From a virus: a DNA stretch of 64,000 nt. The translations under genes and the position numbers were made by a program. How positions within the stretch are numbered: the first letter of the stretch is position 1; the number at the start of each line of letters is the position of its first letter. The stretch lies in the IMG/VR virus record IMGVR_UViG_3300047325_000150, one strand, 5' to 3'. Positions 50,911-59,197 of the stretch are shown piece after piece. Below the pieces are notes generated by a model. It worked only from the letters and a program-made list of their open reading frames with translations, had not been told where the DNA came from and made no database searches.

Positions 50911-52815
50911 ATGCATTATGTTTTTTTAGGTTCGATTTTTTTGATCGGACTTGTAGTTCTAGCAGTTTTCGCCTGGCTAATTAAAAGTAGCTGCGTTTAC
51001 ATTGGCAATGGTACATATGGCGTAGTCGAAAAACTTTGGGCATTTTCTTCAAAGAAAAGAACTAGCTTTTTGGCGTTAAAAGGTGAGCCGGGCTATCAAC
51101 CAGAATTGCTGTACGGCGGATTTCATTTCTTCTTTCCTTTTCAATATCGCGTCCTTAAGCAACCTATGATTACTAATAAAGGTATCGCCTACTTATTTGC
51201 GCGTGATGGTAAACAGCTAACCGAAGGACAAGCGCTAGCACAATGGCCAGAAGGCGTTGCTGTTGAAGATGCAAGAGCATTTTTAGAGAGTGGCGGACAG
51301 TCTGGGCCGCAGCGTTTTATTTTACGTCAGGGTTTGCATGCCGTTAATACTGCATTGTTTGCAGTATTTACTGAAGAAGGCATATTTACAATTGATGTTG
51401 GCGAAAATGCTATCCTTGGAAAAATTAATGATTACCTTAAGTCTGTTGACGGATATAACCCAATTACCTTGTCATCAGATGGTGTTGGCGTGGTAACGGT
51501 TAACGATGGCGATTCACTTGAACACGGTGAAATTGTTGCTCCTACTGTTAAAACAACTGATCATAATTCTTTTCAATCAATTGAAAAGTTTTTGAGCGGT
51601 GGCGGCAAGCGAGGCCGACAAGAACAGGTATTGGTGGAAGGCGTTTATTATATCAATCGACTGTTTGCTACGGTTGAGATGTTTAAGAAGGTCGTTATCC
51701 CTGTTGGTAACGTCGGAGTTATCAACTCCTATGCCGGACCATCAGGTGTTGATATTTCTGGGCAAGATTACACGCATGGGCAACTTGTTAGGCGCGGCGA
51801 AAAAGGCATTTGGAGTGAGGCTCTTCCGCCTGGCAAATACGCAATCAACCCTTATGCGATGAGCGTTGCTACAATCCCGACAACAAATTTGGTTCTTCGT
51901 TGGGAAAAAGGTTCAGCAGAAGGACACGGATTTGATAGAAATCTAAGCGAAATTAAGTTGATTACTAAAGATGCATTTGAGCCAATTGTCGGACTGTCTT
52001 TAGTTATTCATATTGGTAAAGATGATGCTCCATATGTTATACAGCAATTTGCTGATATTCAGATGTTGGTTGATCAAACACTTGATACAATTGTGTCGTC
52101 TTGGTTTAAGGATGCTGTGCAAGATCTAACTTTGATAGAGTTCATTAATACAAGAGCTGAACTTCAATTACGAGCTAAGGAAGCAATCGCAAAACGATTC
52201 CTTGCCTATAAATTGAGCGTTCAGGAAATCATGCTCGGTACACCTCGTTCAGACAAAGGAGATGATGCAATTGAAGTTGTATTCACTCAGCTACGCGAAC
52301 GGCAATTGTCGGTAGAACAAACTGCTACCTTCAAAGCGCGTCAGCTTACAGTTCAAACCGAAAAAGAATTTAACGAAGCACAAGCAATTGCAAGTAATCA
52401 AACAGCTCTTACAACTTCTAAGATTGCTATTGAGATTGCGGAAAATAACGGTTCTGCAGAATTAGCTAAGCGAACCAAAGAAGCACAAGGTAAGGTTGTT
52501 ACAGCAGAAGCTGATGCTAAGCAAACAACATTGCTAGGTAATGCAGAGGCTGAGAAAATTAAAGCAATTGGTCAAGCTAATGCTGATGCAGCACAAGCTC
52601 AAGTTGAAGCATATGGCGGAGCAGAATTTGCATTACGTAAGTCTATAACTGAAATTATTGCCCAGGCCTATTCTAATAGCGGACAGCCAAATGTGCCACA
52701 AGTTATGATGGGCGGTGCAAATGGTAGCGATGCAGCAAGTGGCTTAGCTAATTTGTTGGCTACTGCTGCATTAGCTGGCGGCAAAATTGATGGTTTGCTA
52801 CCAGAACCCAATTAA
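50911..52815 (+). CDS. SPFH/band-7 (flotillin-like) membrane protein
   Basis: N-terminal TM. Central SPFH-like region. C-terminal Ala/Glu/Lys/Gln-rich flotillin-like repeats (AEAEKIKAIGQANADAAQAQVEA). Confidence 0.55.
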   Translation: MHYVFLGSIFLIGLVVLAVFAWLIKSSCVYIGNGTYGVVEKLWAFSSKKRTSFLALKGEPGYQPELLYGGFHFFFPFQYRVLKQPMITNKGIAYLFARDGKQLTEGQALAQWPEGVAVEDARAFLESGGQSGPQRFILRQGLHAVNTALFAVFTEEGIFTIDVGENAILGKINDYLKSVDGYNPITLSSDGVGVVTVNDGDSLEHGEIVAPTVKTTDHNSFQSIEKFLSGGGKRGRQEQVLVEGVYYINRLFATVEMFKKVVIPVGNVGVINSYAGPSGVDISGQDYTHGQLVRRGEKGIWSEALPPGKYAINPYAMSVATIPTTNLVLRWEKGSAEGHGFDRNLSEIKLITKDAFEPIVGLSLVIHIGKDDAPYVIQQFADIQMLVDQTLDTIVSSWFKDAVQDLTLIEFINTRAELQLRAKEAIAKRFLAYKLSVQEIMLGTPRSDKGDDAIEVVFTQLRERQLSVEQTATFKARQLTVQTEKEFNEAQAIASNQTALTTSKIAIEIAENNGSAELAKRTKEAQGKVVTAEADAKQTTLLGNAEAEKIKAIGQANADAAQAQVEAYGGAEFALRKSITEIIAQAYSNSGQPNVPQVMMGGANGSDAASGLANLLATAALAGGKIDGLLPEPN

Positions 52816-52822
52816 ATAGCTT

Positions 52823-52858
52823 TAGAATTAGAGGAACCGTAAGGTTCCTCTAATTCTA
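52823..52858 (+). terminator. long perfect hairpin after the flotillin-like gene
   Basis: TAGAATTAGAGGAACC-gtaa-GGTTCCTCTAATTCTA, 16-bp stem. Confidence 0.5.
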
Positions 52859-53646
52859 TGTAGACATTTTGGTAAAACTGCTATACGTTTATTAACGAAA
52901 GTGGGATCAAATGCGCGAATTATATTTTGTTCGAGGTACACTTGTTACAAAATCGTATAACTATGCCAATTACATATTTTCGGAATACGGTGATACTGTA
53001 TGGATACTTGATGACGGACGAAATGTAACAACCAGAAATTTAAAAGAGGACGATGTTCTTGTGATGAAGTTTACGCATAAATTTAAAATTCATCACATCG
53101 AAATAGACGGATTCATAATATAAACGAAAGGCTGTTTATCCGCAAAGAGTACAATCAAACTCTTTTGAAAAGACTAACTGATATGAAGACTAAAATGGCA
53201 GCAACGTTATGGTGGGGAAATAATGAATCTAGATCAGGATGGTGGTTAACATTACCAAATAATTCGCTGGTAGTAGTGTATGGCCCTTCTATGTGTGAAA
53301 CAAGCGGCGGCGGTCCTAAAGCAGCATTAAAAGAAGCTAAACATATATGGGGCGGTAATATTGTTGTATTGCCGGCCCCTAATCATACTAAAGTAGGTAC
53401 CAATGAAATATGCAATTGTAATAAAAGGTGATTTATGAAGGTAAGTCAATATAAGCAATGGCAGGAAAAAACAATTAAATTAAATAAAGACAAAATTATT
53501 AAGCTAGGCGATATTGTATCAGATGGAATATCAGGCGACACTACCGGAACGGTAGTAGATATACAACTTCCGGTAGATCCTATTATTGAAGGTTCTATAG
53601 AAGTTTTATTGAGCAACGGCGAGATAGAACATTATGCTTGGTTTAA

Positions 53647-54507
53647 TTGGAAAGATGTTTTACGTATATTAGATTAGGTACTCAAATGAACAATGATGAA
53701 TTTGGTAAACGTATGAAAAGATTTGAATCATACGAAACACAACGCACATTCCTGCCAGGACTTCCGATTTATGCAAGATTAGACGGGCGCGGATTCTCTG
53801 TATTCACTAAAGGTATGGAAAAACCGTATGATGAAAGACTGTCTAAATTAATGAGTGCGACAACAAAGCATCTTGTTGAAAAAACTCATGCCAAATTTGG
53901 GTATTCCCAAAGCGATGAAATCTCTCTCATATTTAATAATGACGATATTCTCGGAGATATATTCTTTGCTAGAAAAATATTCAAGCTTACTAGTGTGTTA
54001 GCGAGCATGGCGACTGCTTATTTCATGTTAAATATACGCAATTACTTTGACGAAGAAAGTGCAAACTATGAGTCAAGGTTACCGCATTTCGATGCAAGGG
54101 TAATTCAATTTCCATCTAAAATCGAAGCATCAAATATGGTACTTTGGCGTACAATAGATGCTAATAGAAATGCAATAAGTATGGCGGCTCAATCAAAATT
54201 TTCACATAAAAGCTTAAAGGGTGTGTCTAGTTTGCAAATGAAAGAAAAATTACTTAAATTTGCGGGAATTAACTTTGATGAATACCCTATGCATTTTAAG
54301 CAAGGCGTTTTCTTTCATCGAGTCCTAAAAGAAAAAACACTATCACCCGAAGTGTTGGCGTTAATTCCTGAACATGAACGAGCTGAGGCTGCGTTGAAAA
54401 CTTATACTAGATCAAAAGTTGAAGAAATTCAAATGCCAATGTTTCATACTGTGTCAAATAAAGATGGTGTAATATTTAATGCCGAACCCCCTACACTTTT
54501 TAATTGA
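53647..54507 (+). CDS. Thg1-like protein (tRNA-His guanylyltransferase / 3'-5' RNA polymerase family)
   Basis: Signature ARLDGRGFSVFTKG and YSQSDEISLIF motifs. Likely real start at the internal Met (MNNDEFGKRMKRF, 53689). Confidence 0.8.
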   Translation: MERCFTYIRLGTQMNNDEFGKRMKRFESYETQRTFLPGLPIYARLDGRGFSVFTKGMEKPYDERLSKLMSATTKHLVEKTHAKFGYSQSDEISLIFNNDDILGDIFFARKIFKLTSVLASMATAYFMLNIRNYFDEESANYESRLPHFDARVIQFPSKIEASNMVLWRTIDANRNAISMAAQSKFSHKSLKGVSSLQMKEKLLKFAGINFDEYPMHFKQGVFFHRVLKEKTLSPEVLALIPEHERAEAALKTYTRSKVEEIQMPMFHTVSNKDGVIFNAEPPTLFN

Positions 54508-54770
54508 CAATATATATCAAAATTGCTAATAAAAATATTTTAGTTTAAGGTCAAAAAGCCATGAGAAAGCATTTAAGGCGACTTGCGCGGTGGTATCTGC
54601 TTCGGTCATTTCGTGCCCAACTCCCCTATGGCGAGCGCCTTCGACTAGATTATTGGGCAGCGACCGGAAACCCAGCGCATCACGGTTTTGAATACGTTGA
54701 AAGCAAATACGATAGTCCTTAATAAAAGATAGTAAAATGTTGCAAAATACTCATATTAGGAATTGGTAAA

Positions 54771-55094
54771 TTGAATTATTCAGATGATAACATATTTCGA
54801 TTTTTTCAACATGTGCAAAATACGTTTCAACTAAGTGCATATCGGCAATTTCGAAATAAAGAAGATACCAGAGTTATCTTTAAACCAAAATTTAATTCAC
54901 CTGATATTAAAAGGTATTGTCCCGAAGTGACAATAAGTTACGAACCGCCATTTATTCATCTTAAGGCAAAAGGGTGCGAGTTTGAAAAAACTTACACCTC
55001 AAGTCCGGATATTCTTGATTTAAACAATATGTTTATTGCATTTAAAACTATTACTCCTGCATCTGAGATGTCTCAGGAGATGCTAGCAGCTTAA
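54771..55094 (+). CDS. hypothetical protein
   Basis: ORF only. Confidence 0.35.
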   Translation: MNYSDDNIFRFFQHVQNTFQLSAYRQFRNKEDTRVIFKPKFNSPDIKRYCPEVTISYEPPFIHLKAKGCEFEKTYTSSPDILDLNNMFIAFKTITPASEMSQEMLAA

Positions 55095-55453
55095 TAAAGC
55101 TAACTTCTAAATCATTTAATAAATTATATTTAGGTGAATAACCATACTCAATCAATTTTGTTTGAAGAAATTGATTGAGTACACAGTCTACATAAACGCC
55201 ATCAAATTGGTATTGGCAAGTTCATACGTAAGATTGTCTAATGCACGATACTTGCCAGTAGATTTAATTTTTGAATTAAATTCAAAATTTGAGCGTCTTT
55301 TTGGATTAGTTGTATTTGCTCGGCACAATACCCAATACATTTTTCCTTCAAAAGACGTAAATTGCTTTCGATAATACGAAAATAGTCCAAATTCTACAAT
55401 ATACTCGTTTCTGCTGTTTGGATCGGCTACAAACTCAGTGAGGGTGCGATTTT

Positions 55454-55690
55454 TCATTTGCAACGCTCTATTACCAGGTAGTCATCATAGTCACTTGGAT
55501 CATGCAAATCATATGTGATGCAACGAGTATGGATATGCTCAGGAGTAATGGTTAAAGCGCTTAAATCGATATCCTCCCCAAAATGATTTTTAATGCTATC
55601 GAGTAAATCCGAAAAAGATATATTTCCAAATCCAGAATAAATATACAGCTTATCGGGCGTATTTTCCGGACTAAAATTGACAATACTCAT
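55454..55690 (-). CDS. hypothetical protein
   Basis: ORF with a GGAG RBS upstream (minus strand). Confidence 0.35.
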   Translation of the reverse strand: MSIVNFSPENTPDKLYIYSGFGNISFSDLLDSIKNHFGEDIDLSALTITPEHIHTRCITYDLHDPSDYDDYLVIERCK

Positions 55691-56327
55691 TAAAATACTC
55701 CTAAATCTCCCGTCAAGATAACATCTATACTCAAAAAAGCAACCAAAAAATTGACTTACATTTTGGTTGCTTTTTTGGTAGTTATGTGTTTATATGCTGT
55801 ATGACCCAACGTAGAATGCTCATTTCTGGACTAATAACAAGTCCTTTTGTAATACGAAATTCGTCTATTTTAATGAGAATTTCTTCAGAAATTGAATTTG
55901 TTAACGATTGGATAACTTATAATAGATTTACAGGGATTTATAGGCTGAATAAATTTCATCCAGCGTTCGATAGGTCACTTATATCTACGTTTTGCACTAA
56001 AATTGTAGACAATTGAAAGTGCAACGTTTGGAAAACGGTTTAATAAGATAAGATGGATACACCTGAAAAGACAAAAGAGATATACACAATGGATGGGGTA
56101 ACGGCCGTAGTGCCGTACCTTTCATTGGACGTTTATACGCAGGTTGATTTGCGTACTATAGATGGCAGAAAATGGGACGATCCGCAGGTTGATTTAGATA
56201 ATCATTTCACAATATGCGGACGACTCTACTTTCTGGCCATTTCAAACTGAGATGGTTATGATGTATCTAAGCTAACTAACTGAAAAATTAGGAAAATAAA
56301 CAAAATAATTTATTTTTTTGGTATTTG

Positions 56328-56356
56328 TTGACAAAGATAAGACTATCTGGTATAAA
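56328..56356 (+). promoter_or_regulatory. sigma-70-type promoter (TTGACA-17-TATAAA; the -10 also matches a T4-late-like TATAAATA)
   Basis: -35 at 56328-56333 and -10 at 56351-56356. Confidence 0.5.
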
Positions 56357-56576
56357 TAGATTGTAGACGCAATGTATGCGCGTACAAAAACAGTTTTAAG
56401 GATTAGAAGTTCTACAATGTTACATCAACTAACCCATTTACCGCAACTCATTTGGACAGCACAGCCTGAACAGGCCATGTTGACTACGGGTTCTGGGTTT
56501 AATTTTACGATGTAATGTTTTTAAAACATCGAATTTTTAAAACCCGGAACAGAAATGTTACCGGGTTTTATTTTGA
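56341..56576 (+). ncRNA. candidate small RNA (promoter-to-terminator unit with at most a 32-codon ORF)
   Basis: Bounded by the promoter above and the terminator TAAAACCCGG-13 nt loop-CCGGGTTTTATTTTG at 56538-56576. Contains an internal hairpin. Confidence 0.35.
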
Positions 56577-56713
56577 TTATTGACTAAAAGGTTACCGTTC
56601 TTTTACAATTGAATAAGGTTATGATTTTGTGCAACCAACACAAAATCTCTATGGTAAATAAGGGTGCAATGCTGACCTAAAAATTAGCATTGCATCCTTG
56701 TTAACCAAAATTT

Positions 56714-56788
56714 TGCCCAGTAGATCAATGGTAGATCAAATGACTTTGAATCATTAGGTTCCTCGTTCGAGTCGAGGCTGGGCATCCA
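56714..56788 (+). tRNA. tRNA-Gln (TTG), CCA encoded
   Basis: U1:A72 acceptor TGCCCAG/CTGGGCA. D stem GATC/GATC. Anticodon arm AATGA-CTTTGAA-TCATT. T arm CCTCG-TTCGAGT-CGAGG. Confidence 0.8.
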
Positions 56789-57309
56789 ATATATTCAATG
56801 GGTTAAACCCATTCTTTAATTCTTTTTAATAGTTCTTGATATGTAATATCACTTTTGCCGCTTTTTTGTGCGTTTTCTGGCAATTTGCTGGATGTGATAT
56901 ATGATTTGAATCATATCCGTTATACCAAGCATCGGCTTTACTAATAATATGATCTTTAACTAGTGCATTTGAATTTGAATTCCAAGTTGGATGATATAAT
57001 CCAACTGTATGAAAGTTTTCATACCCAGGTACAAGTTAATATATTGAAGATATAAATAAGATGGGGTTGCACTGTTTGAATGCGGCATTGAATGCAGAGA
57101 ATAAGTTCTGCAGCCTAGGTAATTGATCTTCTCCGGGACTTGCTGAAATACGCCCCCGGAGAAGTAATTACGCCTCCAAAACATATATAGTGATGTACGG
57201 GTTTTGTAAACCTGAAAATCCGGCGCAAGTCCGGATGGAGGCTCCAGTTTTAAGCCGACGTAGGCCAATGGTAGAGTCACGATTCTTTTACCGGGTACCA
57301 AGTTAACAT

Positions 57310-57387
57310 GTCCTTGTAGCGCAATTGGTAGGAGGCAACTGACTTAAGATCAGAACAGTGCGAGTTCGAATCTCGCCAAGGACACCA
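57310..57387 (+). tRNA. tRNA with Leu-reading anticodon TAA, short variable arm, weak D stem; CCA encoded
   Basis: Acceptor GTCCTTG/CAAGGAC, A73. T arm GCGAG-TTCGAAT-CTCGC. Anticodon stem CTGA/TCAG with loop CTTAAGA. D stem only GC/GC plus two mismatches. Confidence 0.5.
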
Positions 57388-57396
57388 AATATATAT

Positions 57397-57473
57397 GCCA
57401 CTGTAGTGCAACGGTAGGAGACAGCAGTTTTAGAAACTGTACAGTGCTGGTTCGAATCCAGTCAGTGGCACCA
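57397..57473 (+). tRNA. tRNA with Leu-reading anticodon TAG, short variable arm; CCA encoded
   Basis: Acceptor GCCACTG/CAGTGGC, A73. T arm GCTGG-TTCGAAT-CCAGT. Anticodon arm GCAGT-TTTAGAA-ACTGT. Confidence 0.55.
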
Positions 57474-58190
57474 AATATATGCCCATATATATAGATTTTA
57501 CGATAATATTAATGTTAGAAAATTTTGTAGTAATTATAGCAAAGTTGTGCTGGGAGCTTAAAGATGAATTTTTGGTAATTTCTAGATAGAAATGCATCTG
57601 GTATTTTTATAACAATTATTATTAACGGTGAAAAAGAAAAAGAGTTTACTTTTGAAGACATTCGAACTGCACAAGATGCAGTTCAAAAAAGCTTTCCCAA
57701 TATTGATTATAATTGGGATGCAGACGAAGAAGGTTTAAATTATATACTTGATTTTCTTTATGCAGGTGATGAATACCATGCAGAAGTGCAAGCAACAAAC
57801 GTTGTTGAGTATAAATTAGATCATCGTAAAATCTAAATAGACTGCGGAGGGGTGACGAGTGTTCCTGTAAAGGAATGGGTCACAGTTTTGTATAAGACGT
57901 ATTTTTAACAAAACCTTGCTATTCTGTAGGGTAGAAGTTGGTTAGTTAAAGATTAAAGTAGGATTTGATCCTTCCATCTTATACATTAAAATTAATGGGC
58001 CATTAGTGCTAATAGTAAAACACTGGTTTTGCAATCCGGAGTCAGCGGGGCGGTACCGCTATGGTCCATAAAATTTTAGGTAAATTACGTTCACCAGCAT
58101 TCCAAAGTAAAATTCGAGTTTTTATGGGGCATGGGCAGGATTCAAACAGTGCAACGTCGGTGCAAATCCGTCCTGCGACGCCAATATAAA

Positions 58191-58266
58191 GCCTTGTTAG
58201 CCGAATGGTTAAGGCAACTCACTCGTAATGAGTAGATTGGGAGTTCGATTCTCTCACAAGGCACCA
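58191..58266 (+). tRNA. tRNA-Thr (CGT), CCA encoded
   Basis: G1-C72 and C2-G71 acceptor GCCTTGT/ACAAGGC. Anticodon arm ACTCA-CTCGTAA-TGAGT. T arm GGGAG-TTCGATT-CTCTC. Confidence 0.8.
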
Positions 58267-58277
58267 ATAAAAATTTT

Positions 58278-58358
58278 GCTCGTGTAGGCTATTTGGTATC
58301 GCCGGTGAACTTAAAATTCATGTCGTTTTTGCTGGTTCGACTCCAGTCACGAGCACCA
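58278..58358 (+). tRNA. tRNA with Leu-reading anticodon TAA and a 9-nt unpaired variable region; CCA encoded
   Basis: Acceptor GCTCGTG/CACGAGC, A73. Anticodon arm GTGAA-CTTAAAA-TTCAT. T arm GCTGG-TTCGACT-CCAGT. Confidence 0.55.
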
Positions 58359-58365
58359 CAGTAAT

Positions 58366-58444
58366 GCCCAAGTATGCAAATTGGTAAAGCAGCAATTCTC
58401 AAAAAGTTGTGATTTTGACGGTTCGAGTCCGTCGTTGGGCACCA
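58366..58444 (+). tRNA. tRNA with Leu-reading anticodon CAA, 7-nt variable region; CCA encoded
   Basis: Acceptor GCCCAAG/GTTGGGC (one G-G mismatch at 7:66), A73. Anticodon arm CAATT-CTCAAAA-AGTTG. T arm GACGG-TTCGAGT-CCGTC. Confidence 0.55.
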
Positions 58445-58449
58445 AGTTT

Positions 58450-58565
58450 AAAGGATCTTTACAGCATATAATTTGCCTTCCAAGCCGAGAGTGCGGGTTC
58501 GATTCCCGCTTTCCCTACAATGAGGGGAAATAGTTTAATGGTAGAACACGTAAAAAGTAGATCCT
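58450..58565 (+). other. permuted/split tRNA-like locus 1 (3' half followed by its complementary 5' half)
   Basis: Order: AAAGGATCT, 34 nt, T arm GCGGG-TTCGATT-CCCGC, acceptor-3' TTTCCCT, A, CAA, tga, acceptor-5' GGGGAAA, TA, D arm GTTT-AATGGTA-GAAC, then AGATCCT. Confidence 0.45.
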
Positions 58566-58689
58566 GTTTTTTGATATGGTATAGACGTAACTCAGAGAAA
58601 GAGTTGACGCTCAGAAGCAGTGTCGATGGTTAAAGTCCTTCCATCTATGGACATGTTATGAAAAGAAAAAGTTGAGTTGCTCTCAACAT

Positions 58690-58760
58690 TGGGGAATTCG
58701 TATAATGGTATTACGGTAGCTTTGCAAGCTACTCACAGCGGTCCGATTCCGCTATTCTCC
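58690..58760 (+). tRNA. tRNA-Ala (TGC), no encoded CCA
   Basis: Acceptor GGGGAAT/ATTCTCC with the G3-U70 Ala identity pair. Anticodon arm GTAGC-TTTGCAA-GCTAC. T arm AGCGG-TCCGATT-CCGCT. Confidence 0.8.
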
Positions 58761-58998
58761 CCTAATTTTATAAAATGATCAATTCAGCATTAAACAATGA
58801 TGGATAAATTTTATTGCTCAAACGAAAACGACATTCTTTCCTATATAGTTTTGATTCATGAAATAAATTCAATGAACGACATTGTATATCACATCTATTT
58901 TGATTTCTATATTTTACTAAACCCAGGAAATCCTTGCAAGATTTTAGCTTGATCGGTTTGAGTCCGATATGTTCCATTATCTATTTTGTAGGCTTTGT

Positions 58999-59077
58999 CA
59001 GCCATTGGGGAAGTCTGGTCGTTCCCGCCTGTTTTGGAAACAGGAGATTTACGTTGGTTCAAATCCAACATGGCTGA
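58999..59077 (+). tRNA. tRNA-Pro (TGG), no encoded CCA
   Basis: C1-G72 acceptor CAGCCAT/ATGGCTG. D stem GGGA/TCCC with an 11-nt D loop. Anticodon arm CCTGT-TTTGGAA-ACAGG. T arm GTTGG-TTCAAAT-CCAAC. Confidence 0.7.
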
Positions 59078-59099
59078 CAAAACCTACGAAATAAAGTTT

Positions 59100-59194
59100 A
59101 AGGATCTGTTACAGCAAAAATGAAACTTTATTGGTTCAAATCCAATTTTCTCCGCCATTTATGGGGAAAATGCTCGTGGTAGAGCATAGATCCT
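59100..59194 (+). other. permuted/split tRNA-like locus 2
   Basis: Order: AAGGATCT, 22 nt, T arm ATTGG-TTCAAAT-CCAAT, acceptor-3' TTTCTCC, G, CCA, tttat, acceptor-5' GGGGAAA, AT, D arm GCTC-GTGGTA-GAGC, then AGATCCT. Confidence 0.45.
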
Positions 59195-59197
59195 GTT

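Noticed and set aside
57040-57300. Group I intron hypothesis for the 260-nt segment flanked by direct repeats
   Set aside because: I could not find convincing P/Q/R/S core elements, and no split tRNA exons flank it. The segment is kept only as an unexplained non-coding finding.
56960-57301. Called 113-aa ORF on the minus strand in the region before the tRNA array
   Set aside because: Low-complexity translation, no RBS. It overlaps the hairpins and direct repeats of a non-coding region, so it is most likely spurious.
58450-58690. Two-piece (permuted) tmRNA hypothesis for the 3'-half/5'-half arrangement
   Set aside because: The 5' half carries a full canonical D arm, which tmRNA lacks. No tag-peptide reading frame ending in Ala-Ala-stop was found downstream.
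58925-58975. Fragment that looks like a tRNA 3' two-thirds (AAATC-CTTGCAA-GATTT anticodon-like arm, ATCGG-TTTGAGT-CCGAT T arm, ATGTTCC)
   Set aside because: No matching 5' acceptor or D arm is present on either side. It is probably a tRNA-Ala-like relic. It is mentioned under the motif finding rather than annotated as a gene.
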